A DNA stretch of 20,050 nt from an archaeon (GCA_024275415.1 JAJRZD010000109.1:1-20050), one strand, 5' to 3'; positions 1 through 8,279 are shown, counted from the first letter of the stretch. Numbers and translations: made by a program. Notes: a model not told the origin generated them from the letters alone.

Positions 1-1
1 A

Positions 2-634
2 TATCTGCTATCAACCGGCATCCTGCAAAAAGCATCTGATGTGCAGGACATCCGTTTTGCCGGTAATCGCTGTAGCGTCAGCATCAAGGAGGGAGCTGAG
101 ATACACGAGCAAAGGGTGTTCTCTCAGATTCGGCGGTTCATCGGAACCGAATGTTCTGCACCTGAACTGCTAAGGGATCTTCGGACTGCCCAAGGGATTC
201 CACGAATATCCAAGAAAGTAGAAGTCCCGTTCAGCAAACTCGTGGAAGGCAAAGAACTCCTAAGAGAATTACAGGTCAACCGGAAGAAAACGGGAGCGTT
301 CCATGGGGCACTAATCCATCATGTTGATGAGGACAGGTATGTCTTAGCGGAAGACCTTGGACGACACAACGCAGTTGACAAGGCAATCGGGATGGCGGTC
401 ATTCAGAAGATTGACCTCACAGAGAGCTATATCATCAGCTCGGGGAGATTGACAGCAGATATCGTGAGCAAATGTGCGTGGACACGCATTCCACTGTTGG
501 CATCGTTTGCCGTGGCAACGGATGCAGGAGTCAAGTTCGCGCAGAAAGCAAACCTTTCGCTTATCGGGGCATTCAGGGGACAGAATATGAGAGTGTATAA
601 CAAAGGCGCCGCTCGGATAATGCATACCTTGTAA
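2..634 (+). CDS. fdhD: Formate dehydrogenase accessory sulfurtransferase FdhD, 5'-truncated
   Basis: Frame is open from base 2 (YLLSTGILQKASDVQDI...), so the true start lies upstream of the window. FdhD motifs: KTGAFHGA, EDLGRHNAVDKAIG, SSGRLTADIVSK, IGAFRG...VY. Confidence 0.9.
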   Translation, partial: YLLSTGILQKASDVQDIRFAGNRCSVSIKEGAEIHEQRVFSQIRRFIGTECSAPELLRDLRTAQGIPRISKKVEVPFSKLVEGKELLRELQVNRKKTGAFHGALIHHVDEDRYVLAEDLGRHNAVDKAIGMAVIQKIDLTESYIISSGRLTADIVSKCAWTRIPLLASFAVATDAGVKFAQKANLSLIGAFRGQNMRVYNKGAARIMHTL

Positions 635-655
635 TTCTAATCAAAAGTCGTGTTA

Positions 656-1438
656 TTAGTCATCGATTATCCGCCGGCGCCCTTCAGGACAGACCCCATA
701 TGTGCAGTCGTAGAAGCCTTCGTCATAGATTATTTCGGTGTGATAATGGAACTTGCAATAGATCTTGTCGCATTTCGGGCAGTATGCATCAATACCATCC
801 TCAAGAGAGGTCTTGTATCGAAGATAATCATGTACATCTCTTAGTGAACGAGTTTCAAGGAGAGCAAAGACACCACGATGCGAAGCCAAATCGAAGGTTA
901 TCCTACATATGATTCCAGAGTAATACAGGGAATCATCGTCTTCGCGCAAGTTCGCCTCGAAAGAAACAGCAACTGCACCACAGACGGCACAATGGAGGAG
1001 ATAGCTGGTGGGACTCATTTTCTCAATGGTATCTTCAATTGACGTATGATGTAACTTCTCAAGGAATGGCAGAAGGGATTCTGATAACTCACTGAGCAAT
1101 TGAGAGAAGACTTCCTTCAATTCCATTGTGAGCCGTTCAGCATCAGGGGCTAAGAATGTTTCAAGTTCGCTCTGAACCTGTGCATACTTGTCCTTTGCCA
1201 ATTCGATGAACTGATACGTCCTCTCAGTCTGTCCCACAATATCTTCATGTTGGCTGGATGAGAGGAGAGTCTTGAGCAGATCCCATGCTGAAACAACAAA
1301 GAAATAGAGGTCACGAGCATCTCTGATCCAAATTGAGTTCTCGTCCAACTCGAATAGTAGAGTGGTTCTTACAATGACTGCTTGAAGTTTGGCAATCATC
1401 TGCTGCACTCGTTGATTGGTTTCTTCATCACTTGCCAT
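656..1438 (-). CDS. Hypothetical protein: helical N-terminal half, Cys/His-rich putative Zn-binding C-terminal domain
   Basis: GAGGTG SD (1444-1449) sits 5 nt before ATG 1438. C-terminal HCAVCG ... CPKCDKIYCKFHY ... DCTYGVCPEG. Confidence 0.75.
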   Translation of the reverse strand: MASDEETNQRVQQMIAKLQAVIVRTTLLFELDENSIWIRDARDLYFFVVSAWDLLKTLLSSSQHEDIVGQTERTYQFIELAKDKYAQVQSELETFLAPDAERLTMELKEVFSQLLSELSESLLPFLEKLHHTSIEDTIEKMSPTSYLLHCAVCGAVAVSFEANLREDDDSLYYSGIICRITFDLASHRGVFALLETRSLRDVHDYLRYKTSLEDGIDAYCPKCDKIYCKFHYHTEIIYDEGFYDCTYGVCPEGRRRIIDD

Positions 1439-1633
1439 CGTCACACCTCAATGCTGCAACGAGTATGCTCCACATTACCATAGGTTGGAGAGGCAAAAAA
1501 ACATAGGTACAAGTTAGAGCTGGGGGCGTCACTGCGTCCACATCGCCACTAGTTTCCTTATCTCTGGCATTCCATGTCAAGGTGAGGGAATGCTTCTTCT
1601 AACAGAGGTGCTTCCCCCACCATGGCTCATGTA

Positions 1634-4138
1634 CTATATGATAAAGGACGTTACAAACAACGAGTCAAGAATGCCTTCTCCTGCATAGAACACGACATAG
1701 TAGATTCCAGTCGTGGGGGCAAGCATCTGAAACGTCGTAGAACTCGAGGTGAACTGGAATTCGAGAACCACAGAGTGATTTGCCGCCAACATGTAACCGA
1801 ACACATCACCACCATAGACCTCCCCAGCAAAAGTATAGCCTCTCGTCGAATCAAGGAAGATATACCCTTGCAGGAAGCCCCCGAAGGGATTCCAGTATTG
1901 ATCATAGGGGGGGCCCCACAAGTCCCACGGGTCGTTCGGAATTATTGGATCTCCTGCATTCCAAGGAGTTTCATTCTGAGGGGTCACCGTCATGGTGATG
2001 TTGATTGCGGTTTCGTTGAGGTTTTCCTTGATGATTACAAGCTTTGTGACAGTTACAGGCCCTGCATCAGGGTCGAGTACATAGCCTCTCCATGTTTCGT
2101 TCACATACTCCACCCTAAAGGTATCATTTGAACCATCTGACCAGAACCGTATGATAGTGAAATTGAGATGCGTCCTGTTCCCGCCAGTCCAGTTAAGGAA
2201 TAGTGAGAAGGATGTGCTATTGTTGATGTAAATGACCTCATAGGCGGATTCCCCTGGGCCGAGTGATACCGTGTCGTTGAGTCCAGTCCCAGTGTATGTC
2301 ATATTCACTACTCGTTCATGATCAGGTATGATCCTCATGGTTATCTTTTCAGTATATCTTGATAGAACACCTTTTACAATCCAAATCCGGGCTATTCGCT
2401 TGGGGTTCTTAGGGTCAATGTGTATCTCACCGACGTGTGATGTTCGATTGATAGGAATCAAGATGGTTTCGTTTGTCCCATCCTCGTAGAATACAAGAAC
2501 TGAAGCCACCCATGTGTTATCTGCATGTGTATAGTTCAGCCGTATCGTGAAAGGTGATTCACCGTGCATCTCGATCTCCTCAATGATAGCTCCTCCACGG
2601 CCTCTCACAGCAGCAGTATCATTCAGCGGTGTGTCGGTATAGTTCATCCTCACATGTGGTTCAGTGTAGGACGGGACACCATTGGCACGGTTTGCATTCA
2701 AAATAAGCCATGACCAGAACCTGATAACGAGATCCGCAAGTGTCATGTTAAGGACTTGCCGTATTGCGTCCTCAGGAGATACATTGCGGGCGTCCCCGAA
2801 ACCATAGTATCTCGTGTGATTGAAAATCTGCAAGAGAGTGTTAAAACCATATGTCTCGTTCAGCCATTTCATGAAAAGATATGAGCCCATGTAGTCGTTC
2901 CATGTCCCGATCCATTCTCCGAACGGGCTGGACTCGTTCAGGTTCCGATAGTGGTCATGCCAGTTTAGACCACCAATCCGACTGGCCATATCCATCCAAG
3001 AATCCAATGTCATGTTCGGATAGTTCTTGAGCATGGACCACATTCCAAAGAATTCTGCCTGTCCCTCTATGAACCATCTGCTGGTGAACCAAATATGACG
3101 ATAGGTCGCATTGGTGCTATCGTTATATCTCTTGAATTGGAAAGTGTGCATGAGTTCGTGTTCTCCGACAAGCTTGAGCTCCTCCCGTGTCGCTCTCTGG
3201 CCAATCCGCAAGACAATGGTACCATTGCTGGATGTCGAGCCTGTCGTGTCGTTGGCACTAGAATTGACCACCCGAATTATAATCCGATTATTACTATCGG
3301 TTTGGGGAGTGCCAAACCCCAACTGACGATAGAGGTTGAGCGAGAAGTTGATGTGCTCATGGATCAGACCAATGACAGTCGCGTTGACTCCAGCACTGGC
3401 TGTGACATTGATGGTTTCACCCAATGCAGCGACATCATCGATTCCCTCGTACTGTAGATCATTGCGAGCACCATTGATAATCCATACCTCTTCTCCTCCG
3501 AACTTCCCAGAGGTAGAAAACGATGCTATGTTCGGCTCGCCAGCTGTTGCAGGAGTCTGCAACCACAGCCCTCTAGGAAAATCTTCTCGGAAGAAAGAGA
3601 TAGAACTGTCGATCCCCGGAAGCGCGATATTGATGTCATTGAGCAATGCAGTAGGGACATCATCACCATTCCCATTGTTGTAACGAACAAAGCTGACCAG
3701 ACTCCCGTTCGCGTCGTGAAGTCCTATCTCATCACCAGCAAGATCAAGAATGGATTCGTTCAGATGAGCGAAGATTGTTGCCTGCCCATCACCCAGATCC
3801 ACATCACTCGCCCCATTCCCAGTGATGATGCGTATGTACGAATTCGAGCGAAGTGATGTAATCTCAGGGATGTTGACCAGTTCTCCATCATATGTCGTCA
3901 GAGTCCAATTCTCCAGTGTCTGCGGAGCATTGTGGACAAATAGCTCAACGAACTCCTCAAGCACATCAGAAGATGGTTTGAATTCGTTTATGATAACATA
4001 TGTCTGTTCGTCTGAGTTGGTCAGATTCAGTTCGGGCTCTGATGGCTTCGGCTCAGGTAGCCCGATATAGAAGAAAACTGCGATTCCTGCACCAACAATT
4101 ATCAAGATTACGAGTGTGGCAGTGACTCCTTTGTTCAT
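1634..4138 (-). CDS. Membrane-anchored extracellular gluzincin-type metallopeptidase with N-terminal lamin-tail-like domain and repeated C-terminal beta domains
   Basis: N-terminal hydrophobic anchor (residues ~5-26); LTD-like VIINEFKP...EEFVELF; HELMH (3146-3160) followed by WFIEGQAEF, which supplies the third Zn ligand Glu; 36 N-x-S/T sequons by hand count. Confidence 0.85.
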   Translation of the reverse strand: MNKGVTATLVILIIVGAGIAVFFYIGLPEPKPSEPELNLTNSDEQTYVIINEFKPSSDVLEEFVELFVHNAPQTLENWTLTTYDGELVNIPEITSLRSNSYIRIITGNGASDVDLGDGQATIFAHLNESILDLAGDEIGLHDANGSLVSFVRYNNGNGDDVPTALLNDINIALPGIDSSISFFREDFPRGLWLQTPATAGEPNIASFSTSGKFGGEEVWIINGARNDLQYEGIDDVAALGETINVTASAGVNATVIGLIHEHINFSLNLYRQLGFGTPQTDSNNRIIIRVVNSSANDTTGSTSSNGTIVLRIGQRATREELKLVGEHELMHTFQFKRYNDSTNATYRHIWFTSRWFIEGQAEFFGMWSMLKNYPNMTLDSWMDMASRIGGLNWHDHYRNLNESSPFGEWIGTWNDYMGSYLFMKWLNETYGFNTLLQIFNHTRYYGFGDARNVSPEDAIRQVLNMTLADLVIRFWSWLILNANRANGVPSYTEPHVRMNYTDTPLNDTAAVRGRGGAIIEEIEMHGESPFTIRLNYTHADNTWVASVLVFYEDGTNETILIPINRTSHVGEIHIDPKNPKRIARIWIVKGVLSRYTEKITMRIIPDHERVVNMTYTGTGLNDTVSLGPGESAYEVIYINNSTSFSLFLNWTGGNRTHLNFTIIRFWSDGSNDTFRVEYVNETWRGYVLDPDAGPVTVTKLVIIKENLNETAINITMTVTPQNETPWNAGDPIIPNDPWDLWGPPYDQYWNPFGGFLQGYIFLDSTRGYTFAGEVYGGDVFGYMLAANHSVVLEFQFTSSSTTFQMLAPTTGIYYVVFYAGEGILDSLFVTSFII
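1966..2647 (-). repeat. Two tandem ~115-aa protein-level repeats inside the gluzincin
   Basis: Units start at 2647 (MNYTDTPLNDT) and 2302 (MTYTGTGLNDT), 345 nt apart. They share F..LN.T, F..DG.N.T, DP and ITM...P. Confidence 0.7.
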
Positions 4139-4174
4139 CAGTACTCATCCGCGCTATGGCAGTGCTGATATGTG

Positions 4175-4196
4175 ACATTAACGATATTAATAATGT
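4175..4196. promoter_or_regulatory. Inverted repeat ACATTA-N10-TAATGT over the AT-rich promoter region of the gluzincin gene
   Basis: 6-bp arms at 4175-4180 and 4191-4196, ~40-60 nt upstream of ATG 4138. Confidence 0.3.
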
Positions 4197-4316
4197 GGTG
4201 GAAAAATTCGTGCAAAAGATTTCGAAATGTAAGTGACGGCTGCATGTGAATGTGTGCATTTGTTACATCATTTGAATTGTGCTGATGGATTTCATTCCAG
4301 AAGGAGCGTGGCGTGG

Positions 4317-5432
4317 TCAGTGGACAATATTCGTACTTGAGCCACGATCAATAAGGCGTAGAGGTGTCAGAACCATCCACTCGAGATCTGTCTTCCATTC
4401 TTTTTTCGTTGTGTCGTAATTCTCTGGATAGAACCAATACAGCCTGCTATGACCTTTAACTGTGTCCATAGTAAAGACCTGAATTCCTTTCAGGTATCTC
4501 CAAAGCGTATAATAGAGGTGATGCTCTTGAGATGGTGGCATCCGGCCCCAAATGATCATAGAGCCGTTTTCAAGTAAATCAACTGAGAGGGGGAAGGGAG
4601 GCGCCTCATCGGAATAAAACGCATTGAACACCCTTGCACGATTATGAGAATCGGGACTGTCACAGTAGAACAGTTTTGTTGAGGTCACATCAAAGATTGA
4701 TCTGTCAATCTGAGCTCGTATGGATCGGATGTAATTCTCGTTTACAGCAATCATCTTTCGACTGGCGGTACTCTGTGAGATTGAGTATTTCTCTTGCAAT
4801 TCACTTTGAGAGATGTTGGCATTGGCCGTAAGTTCCTTCAGAATGTTCAAATCTATGCTATTGAGAGAGGGTGTTTGTATAGCGGGTTCTTGCTCACTTA
4901 ATTCAGCTGATGCCATGTCAATTGCTTGGGACCATGTTTTCCAGTCGTAATCCCAGCGAGATTCTTTTGCATCAAACCTCTCGATGTTGGTCACAGTAGA
5001 AGTTCGACAGCCTGTACTTCGCAAACCTGTGAATTCATCACAAACACCTCGTTCTTTCATGCCCTCTATGAATGCGTGAAGGTTCTGCTTTCCTTTCGGC
5101 GGGATGTCGAATTGAGTGAAAAGACCTGCGTAGGGGCCGTAGATTCTAGTACGATAGTGTGTGTATGGGTGAATATCACAGGCGGCCTCAAGAGAAACCA
5201 GTTGATTCTCCGAATCTGCTCGGAAGAGGATGATATGGCGCTCAAGACCCAGAGTTGCCGGTTCGAAAACAGCGATGGGATTTGAAAGTATCCCCTTTTG
5301 CTTGAGGCGCTCGATGTGTCTGTTTGCTGTTATCCAGCTGATGTTTACTCTCTTGGCAAGAGTCTGGATTGATATCGTGGGATTCAGTTCAATCATATGT
5401 AGTATTCTGACATCGACTTCAGCCAAATTCAT
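4317..5432 (-). CDS. Tandem (duplicated) Lrp/AsnC-family transcriptional regulator
   Basis: Two wHTH units (VDVRILHMIELNPTISIQTLAKRVNISWITANRHIERLKQKGIL; IDLNILKELTANANISQSELQEKYSISQSTASRKM), each followed by a RAM-like alpha/beta segment and an aromatic D/N...W motif. Confidence 0.8.
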   Translation of the reverse strand: MNLAEVDVRILHMIELNPTISIQTLAKRVNISWITANRHIERLKQKGILSNPIAVFEPATLGLERHIILFRADSENQLVSLEAACDIHPYTHYRTRIYGPYAGLFTQFDIPPKGKQNLHAFIEGMKERGVCDEFTGLRSTGCRTSTVTNIERFDAKESRWDYDWKTWSQAIDMASAELSEQEPAIQTPSLNSIDLNILKELTANANISQSELQEKYSISQSTASRKMIAVNENYIRSIRAQIDRSIFDVTSTKLFYCDSPDSHNRARVFNAFYSDEAPPFPLSVDLLENGSMIIWGRMPPSQEHHLYYTLWRYLKGIQVFTMDTVKGHSRLYWFYPENYDTTKKEWKTDLEWMVLTPLRLIDRGSSTNIVH

Positions 5433-5510
5433 CCTTTATCATCATCTCGTATGCGTCACTTGCATTTCTTCGTGTTGGGTAATCAATCGAACGGGATTCC
5501 TGTGAGGGAG

Positions 5511-6005
5511 TTATTCTGTCACTACCAGCACCCCTGCAGGATCAGCATCTCCAGAGCCACCAGGAGGATCAAAGACATATGAGGCAGTGCCGGAAACAAC
5601 TCCTCCAATATAGGAAACCACTTGAACCGAGAAGATGTAGTCCCCAGATTCTAAGGCATGGTTATAAAAATACATAGTGCAATGGACAATACTAAGGCGC
5701 GTGTTGATGACATAGGCATAGGTATATTCTGAACCTGAAGGAAGGGTTAGAGAGGGATAGACATCAATATTATATCGTGCATTTCCCTCGAAAGAAAGGT
5801 CAAAGTATGCTATCACATCATCCTCATTGCCATCACCGTCCGCATCCGTGTAGTAGGCATCAAGTATTTGAACCTTGATAGTAACCTGGTCGTTTGTGCT
5901 CTGAACAGTTACTGTGGATGCAGTTACAACGGGAAGTGCAGATATTGATCCCACCATCATGACGAAAGTCAGTAGTGCCCCGATTGCGAAAGTACGAGTT
6001 CTCAT
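5511..6005 (-). CDS. Secreted ~164-aa beta-rich protein with a DxDxDG Ca-binding-like loop
   Basis: Signal peptide MRTRTFAIGALLTFVMMVGSISA; motif DADGDGNEDD. ATG 6005 is preferred over TTG 6014 because GAGGGTTGA precedes it. Confidence 0.8.
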   Translation of the reverse strand: MRTRTFAIGALLTFVMMVGSISALPVVTASTVTVQSTNDQVTIKVQILDAYYTDADGDGNEDDVIAYFDLSFEGNARYNIDVYPSLTLPSGSEYTYAYVINTRLSIVHCTMYFYNHALESGDYIFSVQVVSYIGGVVSGTASYVFDPPGGSGDADPAGVLVVTE

Positions 6006-6033
6006 TTGAATCAACCCTCAAAGGTAAGAGTAT

Positions 6034-6041
6034 AATATAAA
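6034..6041 (-). promoter_or_regulatory. Candidate TATA box (TTTATATT) for the DxDxDG protein gene
   Basis: Reverse complement of 6034-6041, ~30 nt upstream of the start codon. Confidence 0.35.
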
Positions 6042-6089
6042 TTCTTTGAGTCATCATTGTATAATTTACCCATAATCATTGCCCGCTTG

Positions 6090-6125
6090 AAAAAAGAACA
6101 GGAGAGGCGAGTGGAAACCTCTCCT
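6090..6125 (-). terminator. Stem-loop plus U-tract terminator after the 6142-6708 gene
   Basis: 8-bp stem AGGAGAGG/CCTCTCCT (6100-6107, 6118-6125) followed on the minus strand by GTTCTTTTTT. Confidence 0.6.
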
Positions 6126-6141
6126 TCCAAGATGGCTCGTG

Positions 6142-6708
6142 TTAAGGGGAACCATGCTGCACAGAGAACATAAGATTCACAGGGTCGAGGGTTATATCAA
6201 CAACTGATTGGTCGAATCCCGGTGGTGTGACCTTGACTGTTATTGTTATGGACAGATAGAACTCTCCTTCCGAAGTGAGCCCGTCCTCAGGACCTAGTAA
6301 GACTTGGATTGTTCGGTCACCGGTGCCCTGATCACGTCCTGGTGTAAGTACGAAAACCAAGCTGTTGTTGGATGGAGTTGTCAGGTTGAAAGTTATCGTG
6401 ATTTCTACAAATGTGTCGCCTTCATCTCCCTCATTGACTACCTGTGTTCTTGCAGTATTCCGAGCCGCCATGTATTCGTACGGATTCATTGAACTGACTT
6501 CAACTTGCGCATTGCTCAACCCTGCCGTGAAAGAGGGGATCTGAAGAACATTGACGCCAGTGCTACTTGCCGATACAAGAGGGCCTCCAACTGAAAGTCC
6601 TAGGCTTACAGTTGCTACATCCACCTGAGTACCATAAAGGGCGATGGGCACCAGCGCTATTGCAGCGATTATCACAATAAGAATCGTTCCAGCCTTTGCT
6701 TTGCTCAT
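6142..6708 (-). CDS. Hypothetical exported protein with single N-terminal membrane anchor (188 aa)
   Basis: GGTGA SD 4 nt before ATG 6708 (MSKAKAGTILIVIIAAIALVPIALYG), then a beta-strand-rich body. The longer ORF-track start at 6891 runs through a terminator hairpin. Confidence 0.75.
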   Translation of the reverse strand: MSKAKAGTILIVIIAAIALVPIALYGTQVDVATVSLGLSVGGPLVSASSTGVNVLQIPSFTAGLSNAQVEVSSMNPYEYMAARNTARTQVVNEGDEGDTFVEITITFNLTTPSNNSLVFVLTPGRDQGTGDRTIQVLLGPEDGLTSEGEFYLSITITVKVTPPGFDQSVVDITLDPVNLMFSVQHGSP

Positions 6709-6836
6709 ATCATCACCAAGTCTTTTCGCTTCAATGCACCTGTTTTTCAATGAGTGTTGCATATCATATAAACTATTGCAATAATTGCTGCATAAAATAT
6801 TCAAATTACTGTTCTTGCTTGTCCGGAAAACGCGAC

Positions 6837-6874
6837 AAAAAGAACGCGCGAGGCAGATACTCTCGCGCGTTTTA
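6837..6874 (-). terminator. Stem-loop terminator directly after the phospholipase C gene
   Basis: Perfect 10-bp stem AACGCGCGAG (6843-6852)/CTCGCGCGTT (6862-6871); T-rich tail on the minus strand; 7-10 nt after the stop codon. Confidence 0.7.
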
Positions 6875-6880
6875 TATCGA

Positions 6881-8194
6881 TTACACAACATACGAGTCTG
6901 TCGTTTCTATATTCAGACTCGAGTCATAGATCCAGTTTGTCTTTACAACATCGATGACTGAAACAGTATGTGTTCCTGCTGCAACATCTTGCTGAAGGAA
7001 TCTTGCGATCCCGTTCGAGTCGGTCAAAACAGTCAAAGTGACAATGGTACCATCAGGATGTGCCCACTCAATCTCTACCTCTGCATCGATGACGGGATTC
7101 CCTGCTGTATCATGGATAGTAACAAAACACTCAAGGTCAGTCCTAGGACTTCTACCATGGATGATGGTTTCATCCCATGCTATGTCGTAAACATACATAG
7201 TGTTCGAGGTATCACCACCGCCACCACTTCCAGTGTCGGTCACGCCAGCCGTGGTAGATGCCTGATATATCATCTTCGCGATGGAGTGTGCTCCTAGTTG
7301 CATCATTTCGACATTCCAAGAGTAAAGAAGGTCGGTCGTACCTTCAACTTCAATCCCATGATGAGTTGTGGTGATTGCATTGGTAAAGCCATAAACGATC
7401 TCCTCAAGAACCTCCTGATAGTGATCCCCCACATTTTGCCCCTCATATCCCACAGCCCTTCCACTCCTGTCAGACCCCATGTTTGCGTACTGCGCGACCC
7501 ACAGTGCTTCATCGTGAGCAGTCCCATTCATGAGATTATCTGTCACATCAGGACGAATCGCATCGAAGTCATATTCATAAGCTTCTACTGCCCTAGTCGT
7601 TGCCTTCTCATGACAGCTATGGTAGCTCATCCTGTACGTGTAGGTTCCAATTCTGCCGGTATATTCCTCATGCTCCTTCCCAGAATCTGTGGCATCATCA
7701 TCGGTATGCATCGGATTGCTGATGTCCGAGAGATAATGGACAAGCAGTCCCATAGATTTCCGAGCGTCAGACGCATATTGTGATCCTGCAGGCTGACCAG
7801 CGTCCACCCACAAAGTCAGGTTTCCTACGACCCAGTCATAGCACCTCTGAATGGCATCTGGTGCGCCTCGGTCAGGCAGCCCGCCACGATAGCCATAATC
7901 CCCAAAATCATAGTTGTGATTGGCCCAGTCCTCATATACCATATCTGGAACCTCAGTCCAGTAGTAGTATTCGGAGAGATCCTCTTCCAGCCATGTCACT
8001 AGCTCGGGATAGCTGCTTTTCACATATACCATCCCATACTTGGCAAATTGGTCGTGTGTCCCGTAGTCGGGATCGTTCTCGTTGGTGCTGGCGCCTCCAT
8101 TACTCCATGCAACTGCGTGGTTGGTATTGACAAGTATCACAAGCAATAACAGCGAAAAAACTACCAGCAATGTTCTTTGTTTGATCAATATCAC
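6881..8194 (-). CDS. Secreted Zn-dependent phospholipase C / S1-P1 nuclease superfamily enzyme with C-terminal Ig-like domain
   Basis: Signal peptide ends AVA|WSNGG (mature Trp1). Tri-zinc ligand pattern: THD, PD, NH, HYLSDISNPMHT, HSCHE. Gly/Thr linker, then GNPVIDAEV...TDSNGIARF domain. GGAGGT SD 8 nt before GTG. Confidence 0.85.
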   Translation of the reverse strand: MILIKQRTLLVVFSLLLLVILVNTNHAVAWSNGGASTNENDPDYGTHDQFAKYGMVYVKSSYPELVTWLEEDLSEYYYWTEVPDMVYEDWANHNYDFGDYGYRGGLPDRGAPDAIQRCYDWVVGNLTLWVDAGQPAGSQYASDARKSMGLLVHYLSDISNPMHTDDDATDSGKEHEEYTGRIGTYTYRMSYHSCHEKATTRAVEAYEYDFDAIRPDVTDNLMNGTAHDEALWVAQYANMGSDRSGRAVGYEGQNVGDHYQEVLEEIVYGFTNAITTTHHGIEVEGTTDLLYSWNVEMMQLGAHSIAKMIYQASTTAGVTDTGSGGGGDTSNTMYVYDIAWDETIIHGRSPRTDLECFVTIHDTAGNPVIDAEVEIEWAHPDGTIVTLTVLTDSNGIARFLQQDVAAGTHTVSVIDVVKTNWIYDSSLNIETTDSYVV

Positions 8195-8233
8195 CTTCCT
8201 GTACCTCCGTCAGAGAGCAATGTCATTATATGA

Positions 8234-8279
8234 TGGGTGTAATATGAACTTTTTTACTAATAGTTATATATTACACCCA
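8234..8279. promoter_or_regulatory. Perfect 12-bp inverted repeat in the divergent PLC/subtilisin promoter; candidate operator
   Basis: TGGGTGTAATAT (8234-8245), 22-nt AT-rich spacer, ATATTACACCCA (8268-8279). Inner AACT/AGTT arms are also complementary. Confidence 0.6.

Noticed and set aside
1622-2131. 169-aa + strand ORF
   Set aside because: Antisense shadow of the gluzincin C-terminus; no motifs.
6640-6708. Possible class III (pilin-like) signal peptide MSKAKAG-hydrophobic
   Set aside because: Does not fit [KR][GA] followed by an allowed +1 residue; treated as a plain membrane anchor.
6142-6891. 249-aa version of the ORF starting at 6891
   Set aside because: The extension overlaps the PLC stop and crosses its terminator hairpin; the SD supports ATG 6708.
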